Shown piece after piece: positions 12,990 to 25,087 of a DNA stretch of 64,000 nt (its first letter is position 1; each line of letters starts with the position of its first letter). This DNA is from a virus. The notes beneath the pieces were generated by a model. It saw nothing but the letters and a program-made list of their open reading frames with translations, did no database searches and was not told where the DNA came from. The position numbers and the translations under genes were made by a program. Location: IMG/VR virus record IMGVR_UViG_3300024991_000018; one strand, written 5' to 3'.

Positions 12990-13830
12990 AAAATAATATT
13001 ATGTCATAAAATCAGATACTTCATTATTTGTTTACTAAATTATGTCAGGAATATAATAAATATCCTTTTTCTTATTTACAAATTAGACATACAATAATGT
13101 TAAAATTAAATATACGATATTTTTTAACAGTAATACACTGAAAATTAGATAATTAATTTCCATGTAATTTATGTCGATAAGTCAGATACCCGTGCAAATC
13201 AATTATGGGTCTATAGACCCATAATTGATTGCACCGGCGTTTAACGCCAGTATCTCTTGTTTACAAAAACATATTAAAAACCAAATAATTAATATTTCTA
13301 TAACCCATGTCAGTAGGCCAGATACCCTGTCTCTTATTTACAAAAATATATTAAAAATTAAATAATTAATATTTCTATAAGTCATGTCAGTAGGCCAGGT
13401 ACCCTATCTCTTGTTTACAAAAATATATTAAATATAAGTGATTATTATTTGTAATTCATGTCAGTAAATCAGATACTCTATCTCTTATTTATAAAATTAC
13501 ATTAAATTCAAATAACCATTTTTTTGTAACTTATGTCAGTAAATCAGATACCCTATCTCTTATTTACAAAAATATATTAGAATAGGTGGTTATTTTTTAA
13601 ATTATGTAAGTAGATCAGGTACCCTATCTCTTATTTACAAAATTATATTAAATTCAAATAGCTATTTTTTTGTAACTTATGTTAGTAAACCAGATATCCT
13701 ATCTCTTATTTACAAAATAATATTAAAATTATATATTTTGTCAATAGTATTATATTGGAAAAACAGATCCCCGTATAGAATAATTATTTAACTTAATGTT
13801 AAGTACCGACATCTCTTATTAATAAATTCA
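12990..13830. repeat. Tandem array D: 71-77 bp period, conserved core ATGTCAGTARRYCAGRTACCCTATCTCTTATTTACAAAA plus an AT-rich variable part
   Basis: Cores at 13171, 13307, 13384, 13458, 13533, 13604, 13679; degenerate copies on either side. Confidence 0.9.
13192..13250 (-). mobile_element. ~59-bp GC-rich double-hairpin insertion (family G) in a D unit
   Basis: Interrupts CAGATACCC|TATCTCTT; large hairpin GTGCAAATCAATTATGGGTC-TATA-GACCCATAATTGATTGCAC plus small hairpin GGCG-TTTAA-CGCC; unit spacing 136 bp instead of ~75. Confidence 0.8.
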
Positions 13831-13958
13831 TGATAAAATTAAATATTTGATATTTTGTTAATAATATTACATTGAAAATCGCATTAAAAATCATATACCT
13901 ATACTTTATTTATTAAATATTACAATTATTATACATTCATAAAATTATATTATATCTG

Positions 13959-16900
13959 TTAATTCAAAAGTACAGTTAAAAATTTAGATAATTTACCATT
14001 TCTCACGTTATTATTTGTAGTTACCATATTATTGTCTGAATCATCTACATTATTGACAACATTATCTTCATTGTGCATAATTGTAGCTAAGAAATTAAAT
14101 AATTTATCATTTTTGACAGTAATAACATCTGGGATATTTACATTATGAACAATATTACTTTCTCTGTGATAATTTCCTGATGAATTATTTGAATCATTAT
14201 CTGAAGAATCACTTAAGTTGTCAAATACATTAATTGGTGGTATATCTGAATCATCTGGATCGTTGTAATCATTATAGTCATCATGATTATTATTAGCTGA
14301 AATACCATCTAATTCGTTATTGTGAATATATTCTTCATTTTCGATATAATTTTCATTTTCACTACTGGTTAAAATATCATCATAATCACTATAATTATCA
14401 TATTCTTCATTTTCTCTATCTGTCAAATTATCATCATAATTGGAATTATGATCTTCACGGCTGACCAATTCGTCATCTGAATCACTGTACACGTCATCAG
14501 AGTCAAAATTAGAATTGATATCTGAATTATCATCATCAGAATCAGAATTATGGTCTTCATGGCCGACCAAATCATCATCTGAATCACTGTACACGTCATC
14601 AGAGTCAAAATTAGAATTAATATCTGAATTATCATCATCAGAATCAGAATTATAGTCTTCATGGCCGACCAAATCATCATCTGAATCAAAGTTATGATTT
14701 TCATTTTCACTACCTGCTAAATTATCGTCTGAATCAAAAGTATAATCCTCATGAATGAGTAAACTATCATCAGAATCAGAATTATGATCTTCATGGCCGA
14801 TCAAATCATCATCTGAATCAAAATTATGTTCTTCGTTTTCATTATTGATTAAGTTACTTTCAGAATCCGAACATGAACCATTAATTGTTAATTTATCGGA
14901 ATGTTCATCATCATTTGTATAACTGTCAATAATATCACCTATAATGTCGTTAAAGCCATCCTCACCCTCCACATCTGAACTGTCTGAACTATCTGTTAAA
15001 TTTAACATAATTTCATTAATATCCGAAATACTTGAATTACTTGAACTGCTTAAATCTTCAATTTTATCTTTCTTTTCAATAATATCATCATGATATATGT
15101 TGGCTAAGCTGTTATTACAAGTAAATTCAATAATTGGTTTTTCGTGATATATAACATCGTCCATATCATTCATTAAAATATTTTCCGAATTATCTGTGTG
15201 TAAAACAATTTCAAGATTTTCTGATATCATATTTCCATTTTCTGACAAATCGATTAAGTTTATATTATTATCAACGATTTCATTCATATGTACATCAGAA
15301 ACATCAATATGTTTATCTACACAATCTTCAATTTTCATATCTGATAATTCCTCCATTATCCAATTCTTAATTCCACGGCCACTCACTTCATTTCTTTCAA
15401 CTTGACTATTATTTTTATCCTCACCCTTGTTCACTTCTTTCTTCACTCTTTCACCAACACTCTTATTCTCACTCACTTCTTTTCTTCCGCTCTTACCTCC
15501 AACCTTAACCATAATCTCATTGTTCTTATTTTCAACCTCGACCTTACATTTCCTACACACGATCTCAACCTTACCACTTTCATTTCTCACACCTTTAACA
15601 CAACCTTCAACTTCAATCTCAACCTCACATTTCTTACACACAACTACAACTACATCACTTTCAACCTCAACACTTCTCATACTTTTAACTCCATTCTCTT
15701 TAACCTCATTCTCATCTTCGCCCTCCTTGATCACAATATCCCCCTTTTTCACAAGATCTGATAAGACTTTATTTAAGATGTCTGTATCCTTGAGGTAATC
15801 AAAAAGAGAATGTGTAGCAGACCCCATATTTTTCTCTTTTTCCTTTTGGAAAGCCATTAAGTCAGCAATATCTTTAGAAAAGGCAATATCTTCGGGATCA
15901 TCTTCAACTGTCCTACATTCGTGGTTTTTTGACAACCTCTGTACAATGGTGTTAATTTCACCACGAATGTGTTTGTCCCAGTTTCTGAGATATTGCCTTG
16001 AAATGACCTTATTACAGTCGTAGATGTCACCGACGATCTCATTAGCGTGGTCAATCCATTCAGCATAGCACTTATCTGCATTGTTAATAGTGTACTGTAA
16101 CATATGCATATCAAATTTGCTTGGATTGACTCTCAGCATAATTTCATTGTCGTATATGATGACATCTTCATCCGACTTTGCGGTAGCTCCCTTGTTCACA
16201 CTACCGCGAGGCTTTCCTACTGGGCGCTTATTAAGTTCCTCCAACGCCTTTTCTTCTGGAGTCTTATTTTTACTTCCCATGGGTCTGCCAACTCCCCTAA
16301 TCTCTTTGACTTCTGGTTTAGGAGATGGTTGTACAAACTTTACGGGAACGTATGGCTTAGTTACCCTATGTTTACTAAGAGGATGGTAATGGTGTGCTGG
16401 ATGATATACCCCTACTGAAACTGATTCTCCAGATGCTGGACTGATCATAGTGACCAATTTAGGAGTGATCAGTGGTATTGGTTTCACAATTTCAGTTTCA
16501 GTGGGAGTAATATCAGCATCAGTAACTCTGTTACCATCTTTCTTCTTCAATATTTGGATGCCAACTGTATTATTATCGTGGTTATCATCCTCTAATAATT
16601 TAGAATTATCAAAGCTACAGCTATTGATAATCTTTACATCAACATTATCTGGATTTACTGCATTTAAGGGGGCAGGAACAGGGAGCACACCAGATTTTTT
16701 AACAATATTTGCTTTTTCAGCAGGAGCGACAGGATCCTGCTTACTTGCATTATATGAATCGATGAAGGAGTAATACTTCATGCTATCGAGTTTTCTACCT
16801 CTCTTTACTCCCTCAAACTTAATATCATCGGGTATTTTATACCCACCAATAGTGAATTCTGGATTTGGTAATGGTTCAAATCCAGTAATAATTCCATTAG

Positions 16901-17219
16901 AAAGAGACTTTAAAGTCTCTAACACTACAATATCAATTCGGGAGCCTTCCTTAGATGGTCTCCCTCTTCTAATAACGTAATCTTCGTGGAGGAATTCCCA
17001 TAACTTTTCCATGTGGAACACGGTGGTAAGGTTATGGAAATTGTTTTCCTCCACTTTCGTAGCACTATCATAAATAAGCTTTTCTCTAGCTTTGGTATAT
17101 TCATCATTGATGAATGTAGTTACCTCCACTGAGAGAAAAGTTGCCTCGTTGGCTTTAACATAATTGTTGATCCTGTCGATCAAGTCAGTCGCTGATTGGG
17201 TATAGTTGCTCATAGTCAC
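13959..17219 (-). CDS. Large protein (1086 aa), paralog of 60245-62284: shared N-terminal domain, AT-hook-like GRP motifs, CxxC pair and long Asp/Ser-rich acidic tail
   Basis: RRGRPSK, GRPMGSKNK, GKPRGSVNK; CKKC...CRKC; ~102-bp tandem duplication in the acidic tail near 14470-14680. Confidence 0.85.
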   Translation of the reverse strand: MTMSNYTQSATDLIDRINNYVKANEATFLSVEVTTFINDEYTKAREKLIYDSATKVEENNFHNLTTVFHMEKLWEFLHEDYVIRRGRPSKEGSRIDIVVLETLKSLSNGIITGFEPLPNPEFTIGGYKIPDDIKFEGVKRGRKLDSMKYYSFIDSYNASKQDPVAPAEKANIVKKSGVLPVPAPLNAVNPDNVDVKIINSCSFDNSKLLEDDNHDNNTVGIQILKKKDGNRVTDADITPTETEIVKPIPLITPKLVTMISPASGESVSVGVYHPAHHYHPLSKHRVTKPYVPVKFVQPSPKPEVKEIRGVGRPMGSKNKTPEEKALEELNKRPVGKPRGSVNKGATAKSDEDVIIYDNEIMLRVNPSKFDMHMLQYTINNADKCYAEWIDHANEIVGDIYDCNKVISRQYLRNWDKHIRGEINTIVQRLSKNHECRTVEDDPEDIAFSKDIADLMAFQKEKEKNMGSATHSLFDYLKDTDILNKVLSDLVKKGDIVIKEGEDENEVKENGVKSMRSVEVESDVVVVVCKKCEVEIEVEGCVKGVRNESGKVEIVCRKCKVEVENKNNEIMVKVGGKSGRKEVSENKSVGERVKKEVNKGEDKNNSQVERNEVSGRGIKNWIMEELSDMKIEDCVDKHIDVSDVHMNEIVDNNINLIDLSENGNMISENLEIVLHTDNSENILMNDMDDVIYHEKPIIEFTCNNSLANIYHDDIIEKKDKIEDLSSSSNSSISDINEIMLNLTDSSDSSDVEGEDGFNDIIGDIIDSYTNDDEHSDKLTINGSCSDSESNLINNENEEHNFDSDDDLIGHEDHNSDSDDSLLIHEDYTFDSDDNLAGSENENHNFDSDDDLVGHEDYNSDSDDDNSDINSNFDSDDVYSDSDDDLVGHEDHNSDSDDDNSDINSNFDSDDVYSDSDDELVSREDHNSNYDDNLTDRENEEYDNYSDYDDILTSSENENYIENEEYIHNNELDGISANNNHDDYNDYNDPDDSDIPPINVFDNLSDSSDNDSNNSSGNYHRESNIVHNVNIPDVITVKNDKLFNFLATIMHNEDNVVNNVDDSDNNMVTTNNNVRNGKLSKFLTVLLN

Positions 17220-18062
17220 AGTCGCAAATATACTTATACTTACACTTTTAACTGTTTTTTTCTATTTAAGACAAAAAATATTTTTTTGAAAAAAATTAAA
17301 ATTATTTATTTTAAAATGTGGATAATCACTTTATTTTATGTATGTGAGTGTTACTGATAATTTTATAAATATGATATATAAGATTTTGATAGTCATTAAA
17401 TAAAAATATATTTTATTTTTAATTTAGCTGTATATATTACGTATTAAATATATTTTTCGTATTTATATTTTAAGACATATGATGATTTAAATATATGAAA
17501 ATAAAATACAGATGAAATAATAATGATATAGGACTTAATCGTCTATGAAATCTGTTGTGAATAATAGTTAATAGTATACATAATAATTTATAATGTATAT
17601 ATGAATTTTTTTTGAAAATATTAATAATTTACTATTTGATTACATATAAAATTGAAATTTTAATATATTTCATGTTATGACTGTGTCAAAGTCTTAAAAT
17701 ATTTATGAAGTTAAAAAATTTCTTATATTGAGCATAAAATACAGTGTATTGAATATTATTAAAAATATATTCGTATTTATTTATATATTATATTTAATTA
17801 CTTATTATATTTAATATAATAAAATATTAATATAAATGACAATAAATAATATATATGATAATTTGCTGTGTAAATATAAAATTTATTAATGGTTAGAATA
17901 TGTTATTAGCTTTGGGATATACAAATCTGAAAAATTTGTATGTTTTCAAATATTGATCGTAATATAATTATAAATTACTAATGGAATTAAAAATTTCAAT
18001 ATTTTGTATATTAATTTATTATATTTTTGTTAAAAATATAATTTATACAAACGGAAAAAATT

Positions 18063-21000
18063 TTACTTATTCAATGCTGCTTTCAGATCAGCAACCTCCT
18101 GTGAAAGTTCTTGTATACTTTTTATTAAAATGGGTATGAGTTGAGAATAATTAATACCGTATTTGTCATTTTCATTTCTTGGTGTGTGTAATCCATTGAA
18201 ATCATCACATTTATGTTTATCTAAAGCTTCCTCCAGATCTTGTGCTACAATCCCATAATTAAGTTTTTTATTTTCTTCACCCTTCCTATTATATTTGACA
18301 GGTTTTAAGTCATTTACAAAACTCAATCCCAGCTCACAATCTTGTATGTTTTCCTTATCATTTTTATCTGAAGTAGATGTCACTCCATTAACAGAGAAAA
18401 CAGCCTCCCACCTAGAATTGGGACTTCCTAAACTATAATTTTCTGTAGATGGGATCAGATCTGACATTACACTGCCGTACACAGCTATACCATTTGTGTA
18501 TAAAGCTCCCCATGGAGCACTTTGTGATCCCAAAGTGTAAGTCAAACTATAAGGAGTTAGATTGCTACGAACACTTCCATTTAATATAAAATTACCATTT
18601 ATTGTTGAATTTCCATTTATTGTTAAAATATCATCTGGGATGATGTTTCTAACATATAGATTTCTCCATGAATATACACCTTGTGTGACTTTTTCAGCAC
18701 CCAAATTATAATCGCCATTAAGCACTGGAATCAATGTAGAAGCAACTGTTATACCAGGAATACTAGGACCTTGTGTGATATAGTTTGTTGTAATGCTACC
18801 GTTATATATATTAGTATTATATATATTTGTAATATAACCATTTAATAGATATCTATTTTGATTTCCAAGGGAAGTAGAATTGCTAGAATTAGGTGTGATA
18901 GAACCACCAATGAAAATATTTCCGACATGCAAATCAGTACCTATACTCACGCTTGTTGTTACTTGGATAAAACCATTAACAAATAAATTGTTAATAATCG
19001 ATAAATTTCCTACCACCGTTCCTCCACCACTCACATAAATATTACCACCAACGTCTAAACTTCCGTTCATTGTTGTAGAACCAGTAATCGTTAGTTCATT
19101 AGATGATGTAATAGTGTTAACATAGATTAATTTCCAATACATTGTATCATTACCATTGAATCCACCTAAATTATACATATTATTTACACATGGAATGATA
19201 TCAGAACATACGGTAGTACTAAAAGTTCCTGTTGGACCAATATCCCCTTTAGGACCTTGTGGTCCAACATTTCCTTTGTCACCGGTTGGTCCTGTCATTC
19301 CATGTAACCCTGTAGGACCAACCAAACCTGCACGACCAGTTACACCCTGATTACCTGTATCACCTTTCATTCCAGTTACACCCTGTAATCCCGTATAACC
19401 ATTTAATCCCATTTTACCTGTTGGTCCCACACTACCCTGCATGCCAGTATATCCTTGGACACCTGGAGGACCAGTTGAACCAGTTAACCCAGTACTTCCC
19501 ATTAGACCAATATCACCTTTTTCACCTGTACTTCCCTTAGATCCAGTTGAACCCGTTTCACCTTTCATACCTGTTATTCCATATGATCCTGTTGGGCCCA
19601 TCTCCCCAGTATTTCCTCTTTCACCTTTGGAACCTGTTGGTCCAACTTCTCCCTTTAATCCTGTTATTCCAATTACTCCAGTTTCACCTCTTAAACCTGT
19701 TGGTCCAATTACACCCGTTTCACCTCTTAATCCTGTTATTCCAATTACTCCAGTTTCACCTCTTAAACCTGTTGGTCCAATTACGCCTGTATCACCTCTT
19801 AAACCTGTTGGTCCAATTATACCGGTATCACCTCTTAAACCTGTTGGTCCAATTACGCCGGTATCACCTCTTAAACCTGTTGGTCCAATTACGCCTGTAT
19901 CGCCTTTTAATCCCGTTGGCCCAATTACTCCAGTTTCACCTCTTAAACCTGTTGGTCCAATTACACCCGTATCACCTTTTAAACCCGTTGGTCCAATTAC
20001 ACCTGTATCACCTTTTAATCCTGTTGATCCAATCACACCGGTTTCGCCTTTTAATCCTGTTATACCAATTACACCTGTATCACCTCTTAAACCCGTTGGT
20101 CCAATTACGCCTGTTTCACCTCTTAAGCCTGTAGCACCCTTCTCGCCAGTGAAACCTCTGTCTCCAGTTTCACCTTTAATTCCAGTGACACCTTTTAAAC
20201 CAGTCGGCCCAATTATTCCAGTATCACCTTTTACTCCTGTTACGCCGGAAGGTCCGGTATCGCTTTTAAAACCTGTTGGTCCAATTACGCCAGTATCACC
20301 TTTCAAACCCGTTATGCCGGGTGGACCGGTATCACCATTTATACCTGTTGGACCGGTCACTCCAGTTGCACCCTTTTCACCAGGCGGACCTCCATGAGGA
20401 CCTGTGTCACCCTTCATTCCTTGTACACCAGTATCTCCTCGAATACCTAATGCCCCTGTCAATCCAATAGGTCCAGTATTTCCTGTTGGGCCTGTTACTC
20501 CCTTTTCTCCAGGAGGACCTCCATAGGGACCCGTATCACCTTTCATACCTGTTATCCCTTGTGGTCCAGTATATCCATGTTCTCCTTTTAATCCTGTTGG
20601 TCCCGTTTTACCATTTAATCCCGTTGGTCCAGTATCACCTTTTAACCCTGTTACACCATTATCTCCAGTTTCACCTTTTAAACCAGTAGCCCCCTGTTCT
20701 CCAGGGTCACCCTTCAATCCAGTTGGTCCAATCAAACCTGTGTCACCCTTCAAACCTGATAATCCAATTTCTCCTCTCATTCCCGTTGGTCCAGTATCCC
20801 CCTCAGATCCAGTTTCACCTTCAGACCCTGTATCACCTTTTGTTCCAATAGCTCCAGTTTCTCCTTTAAAACCAGTTGGTCCAATCTCACCTCTCAAACC
20901 TGTTTCTCCTTTCATACCTGTCGATCCAGTGTTACCTGTCAAACCGATTGGTCCAGTATTACCATCAGATCCAGTTTCCCCTTTAAAACCAGTTTGACCT

Positions 21001-22001
21001 GTGTCGCCCTTAAAGCCAGTCGGTCCAATGTTTCCATCAGACCCAGTGTCACCCTGAAATCCAGTATAGCCTCTGACCCCGATTGGCCCAGTGTCACCTT
21101 TAAATCCAGTAGACCCTCTGTTTCCTGTATCTCCTTTAAGTCCAGTAGAACCCATTTCACCCGTTGGTCCAACACTTCCAGTATCCCCTCTTAATCCAGT
21201 TGTGCCTATTAAACCAATTGAACCAGTGTCTCCTTTTAATCCGATTGGTCCAGTGTCACCTTTAAAACCAATTGAACCTGTATCACCCTTAAAACCTGTT
21301 GGACCTGTATCTCCCTTAAAACCAATCGAACCTGTGTCACCTTTAAATCCGATTGACCCTGTATCACCTTTAAATCCGGTACTGCCCCTCATTCCAGTCG
21401 AACCAATTGAACCAGTGTCTCCTTTAACCCCGGTGGAACCCATCTCCCCCGTTGGTCCGCCATGAGGACCTGCTGGTCCTCTACTTCCTGTATCTCCTTT
21501 TAAACCAGTTGCACCTGTATTGCCTTTTAAACCAGTTGCACCTGTATTGCCTATTAATCCAATTGGACCCGTATCACCTTTTAATCCAATTGAACCTGTG
21601 TCACCTTTAAAACCAGTTGGCCCTGTATTTCCCTCAAATCCAATTGAACCCGTATCTCCTTTTAATCCAATCGACCCCGTGTCTCCCTTTAAACCGGTTG
21701 GTCCTATATCCCCTTTAAAACCGGTTAAACCATTAGGTCCAGTGTCACCCTTTGCTCCGATATGCCCTGTATCGCCTCTTAAACCAGTTTCACCCTGAAA
21801 TCCAGTGTCACCCTTTGCTCCAATAGGGCCGGTATCACCTTTTAAACCAATTGTACCTTGAATACCAGTTTCACCGCGTGGACCTGTCATACCTCTTAAA
21901 CCAGTAGCACCTTGCTTACCCATTACACCACTGGCCCCAGTAGGTCCAGTCGCTCCAGGAATACCCGGAGTGCCCCCCCCCCGACCCGGGAGGAAAATCA
22001 T
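18063..22001 (-). CDS. Collagen-like fibre protein with C-terminal intramolecular chaperone (peptidase S74-like) domain; start uncertain
   Basis: About 900 aa of Gly-X-Y repeats; C-terminus [45 protein letters not shown] matches the S74 pattern. Confidence 0.9.
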   Translation of the reverse strand: MIFLPGRGGGTPGIPGATGPTGASGVMGKQGATGLRGMTGPRGETGIQGTIGLKGDTGPIGAKGDTGFQGETGLRGDTGHIGAKGDTGPNGLTGFKGDIGPTGLKGDTGSIGLKGDTGSIGFEGNTGPTGFKGDTGSIGLKGDTGPIGLIGNTGATGLKGNTGATGLKGDTGSRGPAGPHGGPTGEMGSTGVKGDTGSIGSTGMRGSTGFKGDTGSIGFKGDTGSIGFKGDTGPTGFKGDTGSIGFKGDTGPIGLKGDTGSIGLIGTTGLRGDTGSVGPTGEMGSTGLKGDTGNRGSTGFKGDTGPIGVRGYTGFQGDTGSDGNIGPTGFKGDTGQTGFKGETGSDGNTGPIGLTGNTGSTGMKGETGLRGEIGPTGFKGETGAIGTKGDTGSEGETGSEGDTGPTGMRGEIGLSGLKGDTGLIGPTGLKGDPGEQGATGLKGETGDNGVTGLKGDTGPTGLNGKTGPTGLKGEHGYTGPQGITGMKGDTGPYGGPPGEKGVTGPTGNTGPIGLTGALGIRGDTGVQGMKGDTGPHGGPPGEKGATGVTGPTGINGDTGPPGITGLKGDTGVIGPTGFKSDTGPSGVTGVKGDTGIIGPTGLKGVTGIKGETGDRGFTGEKGATGLRGETGVIGPTGLRGDTGVIGITGLKGETGVIGSTGLKGDTGVIGPTGLKGDTGVIGPTGLRGETGVIGPTGLKGDTGVIGPTGLRGDTGVIGPTGLRGDTGIIGPTGLRGDTGVIGPTGLRGETGVIGITGLRGETGVIGPTGLRGETGVIGITGLKGEVGPTGSKGERGNTGEMGPTGSYGITGMKGETGSTGSKGSTGEKGDIGLMGSTGLTGSTGPPGVQGYTGMQGSVGPTGKMGLNGYTGLQGVTGMKGDTGNQGVTGRAGLVGPTGLHGMTGPTGDKGNVGPQGPKGDIGPTGTFSTTVCSDIIPCVNNMYNLGGFNGNDTMYWKLIYVNTITSSNELTITGSTTMNGSLDVGGNIYVSGGGTVVGNLSIINNLFVNGFIQVTTSVSIGTDLHVGNIFIGGSITPNSSNSTSLGNQNRYLLNGYITNIYNTNIYNGSITTNYITQGPSIPGITVASTLIPVLNGDYNLGAEKVTQGVYSWRNLYVRNIIPDDILTINGNSTINGNFILNGSVRSNLTPYSLTYTLGSQSAPWGALYTNGIAVYGSVMSDLIPSTENYSLGSPNSRWEAVFSVNGVTSTSDKNDKENIQDCELGLSFVNDLKPVKYNRKGEENKKLNYGIVAQDLEEALDKHKCDDFNGLHTPRNENDKYGINYSQLIPILIKSIQELSQEVADLKAALNK

Positions 22002-22612
22002 CTCTCTCCATCTCCGTCAAGACGCGCGAACTTCCTATTAAGATATTAAACATTTTCTATGAATTAGAAAATATCTTATATTTTTGTTAAAAGAGTGAAA
22101 ATTTATTTTATCATTGGCGAAATAGTTTATCAACACTGTTAAGGAAAATATCTATAATTTGCAAGTAGATTATTCATGTTTTTTAATTGAGATTAAATGT
22201 AATTTGTGAAAACTACCCATATTACAAACTTATAAAATTTAATTGTAACATGCACATATGAGAATGTTCCATAAAAATATTTAATATTGTAAGTACCTTC
22301 CACTGTTTACAAATGATAATTATTTTTGGTAATATGCAGTATGGGCGGGTGGGTCTCGCATGTTTTGCGAGGGGTGATCATTACCAGTTATAATTAGTTG
22401 ATGTAAATTGGTGGAAAATTATTACAAAACATAAATAATATTTACTTTACATATCATCCAATTTAACAGAATATACAACTAAAAATCTCTTCAAAGCGCC
22501 TCTTGCCATAATTCACATGTAAATTTCATATGATAAGCATACATTGTATGATTATACTGATTATATAATATATTATTTTTTTTAATTGATATATGGTACA
22601 CACGGTAACATA

Positions 22613-22978
22613 TTAGTCTACAACATCATAAAGTAATTTTGGGATAGCAGCACATACTATCAGTAAAAATATACATGATCTACTCATAATGACATTTGCT
22701 CTACTGCGTGTAATACCACAATTATTGTAAAAAAATGTAATATGTATCAACAGTTCAATAATATTTATTCCAAATAATGTCATATATTTGTTTACATCAT
22801 CGGTGCTATTATTTTCATTATAATGAATTTGTAAAAATCTTTCATATAAAGATGTACACGTGGATGTCACACAAACTACACTAACTGTATAACATATAAT
22901 TTGGGATATGTCGAAATTACTGTATTTTTTTGGACTATCGTTGATAATCGTGTCTTTCTCTAACTGTTCGTCACACAT
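22613..22978 (-). CDS. Small putative membrane protein
   Basis: 121-aa ORF with about three hydrophobic segments. Confidence 0.6.
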   Translation of the reverse strand: MCDEQLEKDTIINDSPKKYSNFDISQIICYTVSVVCVTSTCTSLYERFLQIHYNENNSTDDVNKYMTLFGINIIELLIHITFFYNNCGITRSRANVIMSRSCIFLLIVCAAIPKLLYDVVD

Positions 22979-23195
22979 GTTCTCTGTTATTGAAAAATTT
23001 TGTTAAAAAATTTATTTATTCCAAATTCAATTATCCATAAAAATATATCGTCCAATTAAACAAAATCCCATCCGATATTTTTTGATTCAACCAGACCCGC
23101 ACATTAAACATATATTACACAAATAAATTTGTTTAAATAACAATCAACGAATAGAGTAATATTTATCATCGATAAATATATATTAGAATTCACAT

Positions 23196-24239
23196 CTATT
23201 TCTTACAATAATCAAATTCAAATATTCGTATGAGAGTATAAACATCACCAGCTAACACCATCTTCTTATGTTTAACAGCTAGAGCAAACTTCCTCCTATT
23301 TTCAATATTCTCATCACTTTTTGGATATTCTTCTATAAATTTTCTTATGTTTTCATTAAAACACAAATTCATTTTAACATTTTCAAAATTATCAACCATA
23401 AACAATACCTTTAAAATATCTTTATTATAATGTCTAACAGCTTCATCAAACGCTGTCATACCACGTTTATTTTTTATATTTATATCCACTTTTTCCGTCA
23501 ATAACATATCTCTGATTAAAAACAAATGTTCTCTACCCTTGCGTTTTGATTTTTTAAAAATCATAATATTTTTCTTACATAATAATATCAGTGGTGTATT
23601 ACCGTCTGAGTCTTGTATATTTAAATCTGTCCTATCATCATCCATAAACATATGTATAATATTTAATAATTTTATACTTGAAAATTTACACATTAAAGTC
23701 AGACATGAACTACCATCATGTGTTTTTATATTTAAGTCAATTTTTGGATTTTTTATTAATATTTTTACTAAATCCACGTCTACAGTATCACATGCTAAAA
23801 ACAAACCCGTGTATCCCTTTTTATCTTTTGCATTTACATCAATTTTTAAACTGTCAGATAATAACTTCACTACCTCAAGCTCTCTTGCCCTACATGCTAT
23901 CATAAATCCCGTTGAATCATTATCATTACGTTTATTTACATCCACACTATTATCTCCGAGCATTAATTCCACCGCATTAACATTTCCACTTAAACATGCT
24001 TGCATAAATCCTGTAACACCGCGATTATTACATTTATTTACATCCACCCTATCGTTTTTAAGCATTAATTCTACGGCTTTAATATTTCCATATAAACATG
24101 CTAACATAAACCCCGTGACATTCTCTTCTCCAATATGATTAACGTCCAAGTCTCTATTTTCAAGATAGTGTTCAAGCTCCAACAACCCATTAGTAGAGCA
24201 GCCTTTACACACTTTCAAGAAATCATCATGTAAATTCAT
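23196..24239 (-). CDS. Ankyrin-repeat protein
   Basis: Repeated TGFMxACxxGNxxAVELML..VDVN and GNTPLILLC motifs. Confidence 0.95.
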   Translation of the reverse strand: MNLHDDFLKVCKGCSTNGLLELEHYLENRDLDVNHIGEENVTGFMLACLYGNIKAVELMLKNDRVDVNKCNNRGVTGFMQACLSGNVNAVELMLGDNSVDVNKRNDNDSTGFMIACRARELEVVKLLSDSLKIDVNAKDKKGYTGLFLACDTVDVDLVKILIKNPKIDLNIKTHDGSSCLTLMCKFSSIKLLNIIHMFMDDDRTDLNIQDSDGNTPLILLCKKNIMIFKKSKRKGREHLFLIRDMLLTEKVDINIKNKRGMTAFDEAVRHYNKDILKVLFMVDNFENVKMNLCFNENIRKFIEEYPKSDENIENRRKFALAVKHKKMVLAGDVYTLIRIFEFDYCKK

Positions 24240-24317
24240 TGTAATTTATAATTAAAAGTAAAAAATTTTGTTGTCACTTACTATTTATATAGACACAAAT
24301 TATCAGTGATAATCTGT

Positions 24318-25010
24318 TCACAACATAATATTTGTCACCACTCTCACGTCGAAATCATTCGGAAATACAAAAATAATTCTTTTAGGTGATGCTGATGCCT
24401 TTTCAATCGCTTCTTTCCATAAATTGAATATTTCTTCGACAGGATTGTTAAAATTACCACATCCCCACAGTCCCGTTACCAATATATCACATTCACCTGC
24501 TAGGAACACAGTTAAAATTAATCTTTCCAATGTATCTTTTCTATCAGTTTCATACATGTATGCACCATTAACAACTATTTTTGGATTTTTTATAGCAGCT
24601 GACGTAATCACATCAGCCACATAATGATTGTCTACATCAATCGAAGCTCCAGTTTTAGTATTTTTGTTAAATTTAACATTTTTACTGTATAGAGCACTGT
24701 TTCTGTTATTGACTGATATTGGATAATATTCATCTTTTAAGAACAATTGATTATTATCCATGGACGCCCTCAATAATTGTTCTTCCTGTGTATTAGTTAC
24801 AAAATAGATATGTCCACCATATGTCTTTTTATATAAACCAGGTTTAAAGTTATTAGCGAAGTTATGTAGACACACCTTATTACCGCCTCTATACAAAATT
24901 TTGGCGATTGTGAACATGTCTCCGTTCATAATTTCAACATTTGGACGAAATTCCTTATTTCCAACATGTACACTTTCATTAAATGTGTGTTTAACTGTTT
25001 CAACCGACAT
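24318..25010 (-). CDS. Microbial-type PARG / macrodomain-like protein (TIGR02452/DUF2263-like)
   Basis: LHNFAN..PG, TQEEQLLR, DVITSAA, GLWGCGNFNNP motifs. Confidence 0.8.
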   Translation of the reverse strand: MSVETVKHTFNESVHVGNKEFRPNVEIMNGDMFTIAKILYRGGNKVCLHNFANNFKPGLYKKTYGGHIYFVTNTQEEQLLRASMDNNQLFLKDEYYPISVNNRNSALYSKNVKFNKNTKTGASIDVDNHYVADVITSAAIKNPKIVVNGAYMYETDRKDTLERLILTVFLAGECDILVTGLWGCGNFNNPVEEIFNLWKEAIEKASASPKRIIFVFPNDFDVRVVTNIML

Positions 25011-25087
25011 TTAAACAATTTAAAAATTGAAAAAAGATACTCATTTTATGCAAAATAAATCCTGATCATTATATATTATTTATAGCA

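Noticed and set aside
13171..13730. Array D as a true CRISPR
   Set aside because: Spacers resemble one another, the repeats are degenerate and no cas genes are present; kept only as a repeat
17230..18060. 830-bp AT-rich intergenic stretch as a hidden gene or array
   Set aside because: No ORF, periodicity or convincing structure seen by eye
19156..21798. Pro-rich plus-strand ORFs opposite collagen 1, and likewise at 51853-54221
   Set aside because: Antisense shadows of Gly codons (GGN read as NCC/CCN)
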